Positions 46,426 to 54,996 of a stretch of 64,000 nt of DNA are shown in pieces; position 1 is the first letter of the stretch, and each line of letters opens with the position of its first letter. Position numbers and translations under genes: made by a program. The stretch comes from an uncultured Actinomycetes bacterium (lineage in GTDB: Bacteria > Actinomycetota > Thermoleophilia > Gaiellales > Gaiellaceae). The DNA is taken from positions 216,609 to 280,608 of the forward strand of contig CAVSMT010000014.1 in NCBI GenBank assembly GCA_963729135.1. The letters are read 5' to 3'. The notes under the pieces are model-generated. The model saw nothing but the letters and a program-made list of their open reading frames with translations, did not search any database and was not told the origin of the DNA.

Positions 46426-47480
46426 TCGCGCTCCTTGCGGCTGCCGCGCCGGCCAGCGCGAACCCGCAGCAGGCCGGCGTCCAGGTGGCGCTGCGCGCGC
46501 TCGGCCTGTACTCGGGCCCGATCGACGGCGAGATCGGCCCGGCGACCGTCTCGGCGATCAGGGCCGCGCAGCTCAAGGCGCACCTGCCGGTGACCGGCAT
46601 CGCCGACGCGCGGACACGGGCGGCGCTCGGCCCGCTCGGGACGCCGCTCCTCGGCGCGCGCGTCCTCCGCCCGCGCGACTTCGGGCTCGACGTCGCCGTC
46701 CTCCAGTTCACGCTGCTCCGCGACGGCCTGTACGCGGGCGCGCTCGACGGGTACGTCGGCAAGGAGACGGAGGCGGCGATCCGCCGCTACCAGCTGCAGG
46801 CGAGCCTCGCGCCCGACGGCATCGTCGGGCCGGCGACCGTCGCGTCGCTCGTGCGCCGCGCCGGCGTCCCGGTGCGGACGCTGCCGCCGGCGCCGGCGCC
46901 CGCGCCGGCTCCCACCCCGGCTCCGGTTCCCGCGACGACGTACGTCGTGCAGCCGGGCGACACCCTCACCGCGATCGCCGGTCGCTACGGCCTCACGCTC
47001 TCGTCGCTCGCGACCGCCAACAGGTTCGACCCGGCCACCGTGCTCGTCGCGGGGAAGCGGCTGACGATCCCGGTCGTCGCGCTCGACGCGACGCCGACCG
47101 ACGTCCGCGGCCGCCTCGACGCCTGGTCGGCGAAGGTCGGCGTCTCGCCGCACCTCATCCGCGCCCTCGCGTGGATGGAGTCCGGCTACCAGCCGCGCGT
47201 CGTCTCGAGCGCGGGCGCGCGCGGCGTGCTCCAGCTCCTCCCGGTCACGCGGCAGTTCGTCGAGGAGGTGCTCGTCGGCCAGCCGATCCCGCGCACGGTC
47301 GACGGCGACATCGAGGCCGGCGTCCTCTACATCCACCATCTCCTCGAGGACTTCGGCGGCGACGAGCGGCTCGCCCTCGCGGCCTGGTACCAGGGCGAGC
47401 GCGCCGTCCGCGAGCACGGCGTCTACGCGGTCACGACGCCGTTCGTGGACGACGTCCTCGCGCTCGAAGCCCGCATGTAG
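46383..47480 (+). CDS. Secreted peptidoglycan hydrolase: 2x PG_binding_1 + LysM + SLT lytic transglycosylase domain
   Basis: Signal peptide. LGLYSGPIDGEIGPATVSAIRAAQ and DGLYAGALDGYVGKETEAAIRRYQ. LysM YVVQPGDTLTAIAGRYG. SLT motif LAWMESGY..GARGVLQLLP. Confidence 0.8.
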   Translation: MRGGSLTGVALALVVALLAAAAPASANPQQAGVQVALRALGLYSGPIDGEIGPATVSAIRAAQLKAHLPVTGIADARTRAALGPLGTPLLGARVLRPRDFGLDVAVLQFTLLRDGLYAGALDGYVGKETEAAIRRYQLQASLAPDGIVGPATVASLVRRAGVPVRTLPPAPAPAPAPTPAPVPATTYVVQPGDTLTAIAGRYGLTLSSLATANRFDPATVLVAGKRLTIPVVALDATPTDVRGRLDAWSAKVGVSPHLIRALAWMESGYQPRVVSSAGARGVLQLLPVTRQFVEEVLVGQPIPRTVDGDIEAGVLYIHHLLEDFGGDERLALAAWYQGERAVREHGVYAVTTPFVDDVLALEARM

Positions 47481-47489
47481 TCTCGGTCC

Positions 47490-49815
47490 ATGGACCTGCT
47501 CGCGGCGCCGCTCGACGAGCTGATGGCGGAGGCGCGGCGTGTGCGCGACGACGCGCGCGGGCCGCTCGTGACGTACAGCCCGAAGGTGTTCGTCCCGCTC
47601 ACGAAGCTCTGCCGCGACGTCTGCCACTACTGCACGTTCGCGCGGCCGCCGCGGCGCGGCGAGCGGGCGTACATGACCGTGGACGAGGTGCTCGCGGTGG
47701 CGCGCGCCGGCGAGCGCGCGGGCTGCCGCGAGGCGCTCTTCACGCTCGGCGACAAGCCCGAGCTTCGCTACCGCGCCGCGCGCGACGAGCTCGCCGCGCT
47801 CGGGTTCGCGACCACGCTCGAGTACCTCGCGCACTGCGCGCGGGCCGTGCTCGAGGAGACGTCGCTGCTGCCGCACCTCAATCCGGGGGTGCTGACCGCC
47901 GCGGATTTCGCCGCTCTCCGGCCGGTGTCGGCGTCGATGGGCGCGATGCTCGAGACGACCGCCGAGCGGCTCTCGCGGCGCGGCGGCCCGCACTTCGGGT
48001 CGCCCGACAAGCTGCCGGCCGCGCGGCTCGAGACGCTCCGCCTCGCGGGCGAGGCGCGCGTGCCGTTCACGACCGGGATCCTGATCGGGATCGGCGAGAC
48101 GCGAGCCGAGAGGCTCGACGCGCTGCGCGCGATCGCGGCCGCCGGGCCTCACGTGCAGGAGGTGATCGTCCAGAACTTCCGCGCGAAGCCCGGCACGCGG
48201 ATGGCCGACGCGCCGGAGCCGCCGCTGGACGAGCTGCTGTGGACGATCGCGGTCGCGCGGCTCGTGCTCCCACGCGAGGTCGCGGTGCAGGCGCCGCCGA
48301 ACCTGACCGGCGAGTTCGCGCGGCTCCTCGACGCGGGGATCGACGACTGGGGCGGCGTGTCGCCGGTGACGATCGACCACGTCAACCCGGAGGCGCCGTG
48401 GCCCGAGGTCGAGGCGCTCCGCCGCGCGAGCGCGAGCCGCAGGCTCGAGCTCGTGCCGCGGCTCACCGTGTACCCGCGCTTCGTCGATTCCGAGTGGATC
48501 GACCCGCGCGCCCTGCCCGCGGTGCTCCGGGCTTCGGACTCGCTCGGGCTCGCGCGCGAGGACGAATGGTCGCCCGGCGAGACCGGCCCGGTGCCGTTCG
48601 TCGTCCGCCGCGACGCACTCCCGGTCGGGACGACCGCCGAGCTCGGCGAGGACGAGCTCGTCCGCCTCTTCCGCGCCCGGGGCGACGAGCGGCAGCGCGT
48701 GTTCGCCGCGGCCGACCGGCTGCGGCGCGAGGTGAACGGCGACACGGTCACGTACGTCGTGACGCGCAACGTCCAGTACACGAACGTCTGCTACTTCCGC
48801 TGCGGCTTCTGCGCGTTCTCGAAGGGCCGGCTCGCGGCGAACCTGCGCGGCGCGCCGTACCTCGTCCCGCACGAGGAGATCGTCCGCCGCGCGGTCGAGG
48901 CGTGGGAGCGCGGCGCGACCGAGGTCTGCCTCCAGGGTGGGATCCACCCGGCGTTCGACGGCGACTACTACGCGTCGGTCGTGCGCGCCATCAAGGACGC
49001 GGTGCCGGAGCTGCACGTGCACGCGTTCAGCGCGCTCGAGATCTGGCAGGGCGCCGCGACGCTCGGGTTGCCGCTCCGGCCGTACCTCGAGCGGCTCCGC
49101 GACGAGGGGCTCGCGTCGCTCCCGGGCACCGCCGCGGAGGTGCTCGACGACGACGTGCGCCGGGTGATCTGCCCGGACAAGATCACGACCGCGCAGTGGC
49201 TCGAGGTGCACGAGACGGCGCATGCGGCAGGCCTCCGCTCGAACAACACGATCATGTTCGGCCACGCCGACGGCCCGCGCTCGTGGGCGCGCCACCTCCT
49301 CGCGGTCCGCGGGCTCGCGCGGCCGCACCGGCGGCTTCACCGAGTTCGTGCCGCTCCCGTTCGTGCACATGGAGGCGCCGATGTACCTGAAGGGCCGCGC
49401 GCGCCGAGGGCCGACGTTCGGCGAGGTGCTGCTGATGCACGCGGTCGGCCGGCTCGCGCTGCACCCGTGGATCGAGAACGTCCAGGTCTCGTGGGTGAAG
49501 GCGGGGCCGGAGGGCGTAGCGCAGGCGCTCCGTGCCGGGGTGAACGACCTCGGCGGAACGCTGATGAACGAGTCGATCTCGCGCTCGGCGGGCGCCGCGT
49601 GGGGGCAGGAGATGCCGCCAGAGCGCATGGAGGCGCTGATCCGCGCCGCCGGCCGGATCCCGCGCCAGCGGACGACGCTGTACGGCGACCCGCCGGCCGA
49701 CCAGGTCGCGCGCTCGTTCGGCGCCGCGCCGCTCGAGGAGCCGTGGAACCCGCCGGTCAGCGAGGCGCGGCTCGAGCGGCCCGGGCGGCTGCTGCGGCCG
49801 GCGAGCGCGGCGTAA
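47490..49815 (+). CDS. fbiC: FO synthase (fused CofG/CofH; F420 chromophore biosynthesis); frame break near 49320-49326
   Basis: Two radical-SAM Cys motifs (CRDVCHYCTF; CYFRCGFCAF). GGIHP, and TGGFTEFVPLPFVH after the shift. Confidence 0.9.
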
Positions 49816-49828
49816 CGCCGGACGCGTC

Positions 49829-50284
49829 GTGGACCACGCGGTGAGCGAGCGAGCCGTGAGCGCGCAGCCGACCGCCGTCGTCCGCGAGACCACGAGCTGG
49901 GACGCGTTTCCCGCGCTGTGGCCGAGGCTCCTCACCGAGGTCTGGGAGGCCGTCAGGTCGGACGCCGAGATCGCGCCCGGGCGGAACGTGTTGCTGTATC
50001 GGGACGACGTCCCGAACGTCGAGGTCGGGGTGGAGGTCGGCGGGCTCTTCGGAGCCGTCGGTCGGGTCGTCCCGTCGACTCTCCCCGCCGGCCGCGTCGC
50101 GACCGTCACGCATCGAGGCCGATACGAGGATCTCGGGTCGGCCCACGAGGCGGTGATCGCGTGGTGCGAAACCCGCGGGCTCCGACGAGCGGGTGTCCGC
50201 TGGGAGGTCTACGGCCACTGGAACGAAGAGTGGACGGACGAAACGGCCGAGCCGGAGGTCGACGTCTACTACCTCTTGCGATGA
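49829..50284 (+). CDS. GyrI-like (SbmC/AraC effector-binding fold) small-molecule-binding protein
   Basis: About 150 aa. The pattern ..AVVRETTSW..FPALWPRL..VEVGVEV..ATVTHRGRYEDLGSAHEAVIAWC..WEVYGHW is typical of GyrI-like domains. Confidence 0.6.
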   Translation: MDHAVSERAVSAQPTAVVRETTSWDAFPALWPRLLTEVWEAVRSDAEIAPGRNVLLYRDDVPNVEVGVEVGGLFGAVGRVVPSTLPAGRVATVTHRGRYEDLGSAHEAVIAWCETRGLRRAGVRWEVYGHWNEEWTDETAEPEVDVYYLLR

Positions 50285-50796
50285 AAGAGCCCACAGCCGC
50301 GGCGGCCTCGTCCGTTCGGGGTCGAGTCGCGATACTCGGGCCGATGCCGGCCGACTCCGTCGACTCGGGACCGCCGCGCCTCCGGCTCTGGCTCGAGCGC
50401 GGCGAGCTCGAGGGCGGGCGCGGGTTCTGGCTCCGCGACGCCGCCTCGGGCGAAGCGCTCCGCTGGGACGACGCGCGGCTCGCGGCGGCCGGCGCGCGCG
50501 TCGTCCCGGTCGCTGGAGCCTCGTACCGGCTCGACGCGCTGCAGGATCCGGCGTTCGCACCGGGGTCGAAGCTGGCGCTCGTGCCGGAGCCGGAGAACGA
50601 GCACGACCCGCACGCGGTCGCGATCTGGGACGCCGACCTGCGCATGCAGGCGGGCTACGTGCCGGCGGATGCGGCCCGCGAAGTGGAGCCGTCGCTGCAG
50701 GCGCTCTCGCTGTGGGAGTGGGGCGACGGCGGGCGGCGCGTGGGGTTGCGTGTCCTCCTCGCGCCGCCCGCCGTCTGGATCGGGACCCCCCGCTGA
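50281..50796 (+). CDS. HIRAN domain-containing protein
   Basis: ATGA start/stop overlap with the GyrI-like gene. VPVAGASYRLDAL..KLALVPEPENEHDPHAVAIWD..QAGYVPADAA is the HIRAN signature. Confidence 0.75.
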   Translation: MKEPTAAAASSVRGRVAILGPMPADSVDSGPPRLRLWLERGELEGGRGFWLRDAASGEALRWDDARLAAAGARVVPVAGASYRLDALQDPAFAPGSKLALVPEPENEHDPHAVAIWDADLRMQAGYVPADAAREVEPSLQALSLWEWGDGGRRVGLRVLLAPPAVWIGTPR

Positions 50797-51885
50797 TCAG
50801 CCCGCGGCGATGAAGCCGTAGAGCCCGTGCGTCTGGCCGGTCGGGCCGGCGAGGAAGTACAGGTTCGTCGTCGGCCCCGCCGAGGCGCCGTTGCCGAAGG
50901 CGATCGCCCACAGGCCGTCGATCTGGATCGGCGCGCCGCTCGCGGTCCGGACCTGGCCCTTGTAGGCCCACTTGCCGGTGGCCTGCGGCTGGTACGCGCT
51001 GATCCGGCCGTTCCCGAAGTTGCCGACGAGCAGGTCGCCGCTGTACGCGCCGAAGTTCGCCGGCGCCATCGCGAGGCCCCACGGCGCGTTCAGCGGCGCG
51101 GTCGGCTTGCCCTTCGACGCGACGCGCGCGATCAGCGCCCCGTCCGGGCTGAACTCGTCGACGTACCCGAGTCCGCCGCCCGCGACGGCGTTCGCCTTCG
51201 CCTTGTCCTGCTGGGCGTACGTGACGAAGACGTTGCCGTTGAGCGCCTGGATCCCGAACGGCGCCCAGCCCTTCGGGATCTTCGCGTCCGTGAAGCCGCC
51301 GACGAGCGGCACCGGCTTGAACGACGCGTCGAAGACGTCGACCCGCGCGTTGTGGAAGTCGGTGGCGTAGAGCCGGTCGGACACGGTCGCGAGGCCCTCG
51401 TACACGGCGCCGGCGGACGAGTTGTCGACCGCCGTGACCGCCGCGGTCCCGTTCACGGTCGGCGTCCAGCCGAGGATCTGGCCGGCCTGGTTGGAGAAGA
51501 GGAAACGGGACGCGCCGCTCACCCCGTTCTGGGCGACGACGAAGTCCGTGGTGCTGGCGTTCGCGACCGTCCCGGTCGGGCCGCCGCCGACGGCCACCGT
51601 CAGCGCGTTCTTGGCGCCGAGCCCGGTGTAGAGCGTGGACGTGTTCGTCTTGTTGTTGGACACCCACCACGGCGAGGTCGCGCTGGCGCTGAGACCCCAG
51701 CCGTTGACGAGCGACCCGTCGGTGGCGGGAGCGGTGACGGCGGAGCTGTCCGAGATGAGCGGGTAGAGGTTGTAGGCGACGAGCGCGCTCGTCGCCGCGG
51801 AGCTCGAGGCGGCGACGACGAGCCCCGCGAGCGCGATCGCGAACGCGGCGGCCGCCGCCCGGCGGGCGGAGTTGATGTTCAGCAT
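50797..51885 (-). CDS. Secreted beta-propeller-like protein (TIGR03118-like)
   Basis: Signal peptide. NGWGLSASATSPWWVSNN, GTVAN, FHNARVDVFD, GNFGNGRISAY and WAIAFGNG. The family name is from memory. Confidence 0.45.
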   Translation of the reverse strand: MLNINSARRAAAAAFAIALAGLVVAASSSAATSALVAYNLYPLISDSSAVTAPATDGSLVNGWGLSASATSPWWVSNNKTNTSTLYTGLGAKNALTVAVGGGPTGTVANASTTDFVVAQNGVSGASRFLFSNQAGQILGWTPTVNGTAAVTAVDNSSAGAVYEGLATVSDRLYATDFHNARVDVFDASFKPVPLVGGFTDAKIPKGWAPFGIQALNGNVFVTYAQQDKAKANAVAGGGLGYVDEFSPDGALIARVASKGKPTAPLNAPWGLAMAPANFGAYSGDLLVGNFGNGRISAYQPQATGKWAYKGQVRTASGAPIQIDGLWAIAFGNGASAGPTTNLYFLAGPTGQTHGLYGFIAAG

Positions 51886-51962
51886 GAGTTGCACCCCCTG
51901 GTGAGAGAACAGACGCTGCTCGGAGTACGCGTGGGCACGGCCGGCGGTTTGCACCGCGCTGC

Positions 51963-52003
51963 GCGGGCCCGGCGCCGATCGTGCGACGCCGCGCCGGGCC
52001 CGC
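51963..52003 (-). terminator. Hairpin (13-bp perfect stem) downstream of the 52014-52469 gene
   Basis: GCGGGCCCGGCGC-15 nt-GCGCCGGGCCCGC, 11 nt beyond the stop. Confidence 0.55.
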
Positions 52004-52013
52004 CGGACGTGGA

Positions 52014-52469
52014 TCAGTCCCGGTCGATGGTGGCGCCGGACGGCGCGAGCGCGTACCAGGCGGCGCCGAACGCCGTCGAGCCCTCGCCGGTCGTCTGGCC
52101 GGTCTTCTTGTCCGGGAGGTACAGGTAGAGCGGGTGGCCCTTGTAGGTGACCTGGAGCTTCCCGTCCTTCCGCTTGGTCGTCCCGAGCAGCGACGTCTTC
52201 ACGCGGCCGGAGGCGACCGGCTTGCCGCTCGTGAGCAGCGGCGGCCAGTAGGTCGCACACTGCCCGTAGCAGGCGCTCGTCGTGCCGTGGTCGGCGCGGA
52301 AGAGGTAGAGCGTGCGTCCGCTCGAGGTCGTGATCGCGTTCCCGATCGGCGTCTTCCGCCAGGTGACGACCGTTCCGGTGGCGCCGCTGGCTGCCGAGGC
52401 GGCGACCGCGACGACGACCGCCGCGAGCACGACCAGCGACGAGATCGCTGTGAACCGCATCGTTTGCAT
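52014..52469 (-). CDS. Secreted repeat protein (COG4315 / Lipoprotein_15-like)
   Basis: Signal peptide and two repeats of the type GRTLYLFRADHG..SACYGQCATYWPP and GHPLYLYLPDKK. Confidence 0.6.
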   Translation of the reverse strand: MQTMRFTAISSLVVLAAVVVAVAASAASGATGTVVTWRKTPIGNAITTSSGRTLYLFRADHGTTSACYGQCATYWPPLLTSGKPVASGRVKTSLLGTTKRKDGKLQVTYKGHPLYLYLPDKKTGQTTGEGSTAFGAAWYALAPSGATIDRD

Positions 52470-52532
52470 CCTTTCGTGATGTGACTGGGCACCCGGAGTA
52501 CGGCGGCCGGGCCTGCGGCGGATTCGCGCGGG

Positions 52533-53780
52533 CTACGCCTCGAGCGCGAGCAGGTCGTCGATCGTCTCGCGGCGGCGGATCAGGCGCGCCTCGCCGTCGC
52601 GGACGAGGACGACGGCGGGCCGCGGGACGGCGTTGTAGGTCGAGCTCATCGCGAGCGTGTACGCACCGGTCACCGGCACGGCGAGGACGTCCCCGCGGCG
52701 CGGCTCGGGCAGCTCGACGCGCTCGATCAGGAGGTCGCCGGACTCGCAGTGCTTGCCCGCGACGGCGTACGTGCCGGTGGCCGCCTCGCCGGCGCGGTTC
52801 GCGAGCAGCGCCGTGTAGCGCGCCCCGTAGAGCGCGGGCCGCGGGTTGTCCGAGATGCCGCCGTCGACCGCGACCCACGTCGTCCCGGCCGCCGCGCGCT
52901 TGACCGAGCCGACCGTGTAGAGGGTCACGCCCGCGCTCGCGACGAGCGAACGGCCGGGCTCGAGGATCACCTGCGGCCGGCCGAGGCCGTGGAGGTCGAG
53001 GGCACGCTCGAGCTCGGCGAGGAGGCCGGCGACGAACTCGTGCACCTCGAGCCCCGGCTCGTCCGGCGCGGTCGGGACGCCGAGGCCGCCGCCGAGGTCG
53101 ATCGTCCGCAGCTCCCACCCGAGCTCGGCCCGGGCGCGCGCGGCGAACGTCGCCATCCAGTCGACCGCCATCAGCGCGGCACCGATGTCGAGGAGCTGCG
53201 AGCCGACATGGACGTGGAGGCCCTCGGCCTTCGGGAAGCGGCGCAGCGCCTCGAGCGCGTCCTCCGGCGGCAGGCCGAACTTCGAGCCGTGGTGGCCGGT
53301 GCGGATCGCCTCGTGCGTGTCCGCCTCGATCCCCGGGGTGACGCGGATCAGGCACCGGGCAGCGCCGGCGGCGCGCGCGCGCTCGATCTCCTCGAGCGAG
53401 TCGATCACGACGACCGCGCCCGCGGCGACCGCCGCGCGGAGCTCGTCGTCGGACTTGTTGTTGCCGTGCATCACGAGCCCGCCGCCGGGGACGCCGGCCG
53501 CGAGCGCGAAGCGGATCTCGCCGAGCGTCGAGACGTCCGCGCCGAGCCCCTCCTCGGCGAACAGCCGGAGCAGCGCGACGCTCGGGAACGCCTTCGTCCC
53601 GTAGCAAACCGACGCGTCCGGGGCCGCCTCGCGGTAGGTCCGTGCACGCGTCCGCAGCGTCGCCTCGTCGTAGACGAGGAGCGGGCTGCCGAACTCGCGG
53701 AGGAGCGCCGAGACGGGGAGGCCGCCGAGCGCGAGCTCGCCGCCGTCGATCCGCGCCGTATCGGGGAAGAGCCCGAGCAC
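52533..53780 (-). CDS. lysA: Diaminopimelate decarboxylase
   Basis: GTG 53780. YGTKAFP (PLP Lys), HGNNKS, HVHVGSQ, DLGGGLGV, EPGRSLV and CESGD. Confidence 0.9.
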   Translation of the reverse strand: MLGLFPDTARIDGGELALGGLPVSALLREFGSPLLVYDEATLRTRARTYREAAPDASVCYGTKAFPSVALLRLFAEEGLGADVSTLGEIRFALAAGVPGGGLVMHGNNKSDDELRAAVAAGAVVVIDSLEEIERARAAGAARCLIRVTPGIEADTHEAIRTGHHGSKFGLPPEDALEALRRFPKAEGLHVHVGSQLLDIGAALMAVDWMATFAARARAELGWELRTIDLGGGLGVPTAPDEPGLEVHEFVAGLLAELERALDLHGLGRPQVILEPGRSLVASAGVTLYTVGSVKRAAAGTTWVAVDGGISDNPRPALYGARYTALLANRAGEAATGTYAVAGKHCESGDLLIERVELPEPRRGDVLAVPVTGAYTLAMSSTYNAVPRPAVVLVRDGEARLIRRRETIDDLLALEA

Positions 53781-53954
53781 GCGGCCGATTGTGCCTGTGG
53801 AGGAATCGTCACGAATTCGGCGCGCTCCCGTCGCTGACACGTAGCGGTTTCGGCGATAGCCTCGTCGGCATTGGGGAGGGAGGTGGGGTGCCCTGCTACA
53901 CCGGGCTCGGTCAGGCGGCTCCGGCACGGCGTCGACGGAGCCCGACGACTAGTA

Positions 53955-53970
53955 TCTGACCTGAGTCAGA
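53955..53970. promoter_or_regulatory. Inverted repeat TCTGAC-ctga-GTCAGA abutting the MarR-GNAT start codon (candidate autoregulatory operator) with a TAGTAT -10-like hexamer at 53950-53955
   Basis: A perfect 6-bp inverted repeat ends 1 nt before ATG 53972. MarR-family regulators commonly bind palindromes overlapping their own promoters. Confidence 0.35.
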
Positions 53971-53971
53971 G

Positions 53972-54853
53972 ATGGACGAGCGGACGGTACAGCGCGTGCG
54001 GCGGTTCAATCGGACGGTGACCCAGCGGGTCGGCGCGCTCGAGGACGGGTACCTCGGCCGCGGCCGGCCGCTCGGCGCGTCGCGGCTCCTCTGGGAGCTC
54101 GGCGACGGCGGGCTCGACGCACGCTCGCTCCGCGTCCGGCTCGGCCTCGACTCGGGCTATCTGAGCCGGCTCCTGCGCTCGCTCGAACGGGAGGGCCTCG
54201 TCGTCGTCGAGCCGCACGCGGGCGACGCGCGCGTCCGCACCGTCCGGCCGACCGCGGCCGGGCTCGCCGAGCGCGCCGAGCTCGACCAGCGCAGCGACGA
54301 GCTCGCGCGGTCGCTGCTCGAGCCGCTGACCGAGCCGGAGCGCGAGCAGCTCGTCGACGCGATGGGCCTCGTCGAGCGGCTGCTCGTCGCGGGGGCCGTC
54401 GAGATCGCCGTCGAGGATCCGGCGAGCGCCGCGGCGCGCTTCTGCATCCGCTCGTACTTCGCCGAGCTCGAGGCCCGCTTCGAAGACGGGTTCGACCCGG
54501 CGCGGAGCGTGCTGCCCGACGTCGGCGAGCTCGCCGAGCCCCGCGGGCTGCTGCTCGTCGCGCGGATGCGCGGCGAGCCGGTCGGCTGCGGCGGCCTCCG
54601 GCTCTCGACGGGCGGGCCGCCGGAGCTGAAGCGGATGTGGGTCGCGCCGGCCGCGCGCGGGCTCGGGCTCGGCCGGCGTCTCCTGCGCGAGCTCGAGGAG
54701 CAGGCGCGGCTCCGCGGTGCGGGCGTCGTGCGGCTCGAGACGAACCGCGCGCTCGCCGAGGCGATCGCGCTCTACCGCTCCGCGGGCTACGTCGAGGTCG
54801 AGCCGTTCAACGACGAGCCGTACGCCCACCACTGGTTCGAGAGGCGGCTCTGA
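53972..54853 (+). CDS. Fused MarR-type HTH regulator + GNAT N-acetyltransferase
   Basis: N-terminal winged-helix region (LDSGYLSRLLRSLEREGLV). C-terminal GNAT motif A (RMWVAPAARGLGLGRRLLRELE) and YRSAGY. Confidence 0.8.
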   Translation: MDERTVQRVRRFNRTVTQRVGALEDGYLGRGRPLGASRLLWELGDGGLDARSLRVRLGLDSGYLSRLLRSLEREGLVVVEPHAGDARVRTVRPTAAGLAERAELDQRSDELARSLLEPLTEPEREQLVDAMGLVERLLVAGAVEIAVEDPASAAARFCIRSYFAELEARFEDGFDPARSVLPDVGELAEPRGLLLVARMRGEPVGCGGLRLSTGGPPELKRMWVAPAARGLGLGRRLLRELEEQARLRGAGVVRLETNRALAEAIALYRSAGYVEVEPFNDEPYAHHWFERRL

Positions 54854-54878
54854 CCTGGCTCCGCGGCGGGCGCGCCGC

Positions 54879-54996
54879 TAGACTCCGACGCGAGTGAGCA
54901 GCCGGCTTTCGTAGTCATCGGGAGGCCCGCAGCGCGGCTGCGACCAGCTTCCCACGGCCTCTCGAAAGAGAGGCTTTTTCGTTTCAAGGGAGCGAC
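54879..54996 (+). promoter_or_regulatory. leuS leader: -10-like TAGACT, mutually exclusive antiterminator/terminator helices, intrinsic terminator 54956-54984
   Basis: Terminator GGCCTCTC-gaaa-GAGAGGC + TTTTTCGTTT ends 12 nt before GTG 54997. The upstream GGGAGGCC (54920-54927) can pair with the 5' arm of the terminator. Confidence 0.45.

Noticed and set aside
53781-53950. Lysine (L-box) riboswitch in the 170-nt region upstream of lysA.
   Set aside because: I could not find the conserved L-box core elements or a terminator/sequestrator helix. The region is more simply a divergent promoter region shared with the MarR-GNAT gene.
54854-54996. T-box riboswitch upstream of leuS.
   Set aside because: There is no T-box consensus sequence, no specifier loop with a Leu codon in a recognisable Stem I, and the leader is only ~110 nt. 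It is kept as a generic attenuator candidate instead.
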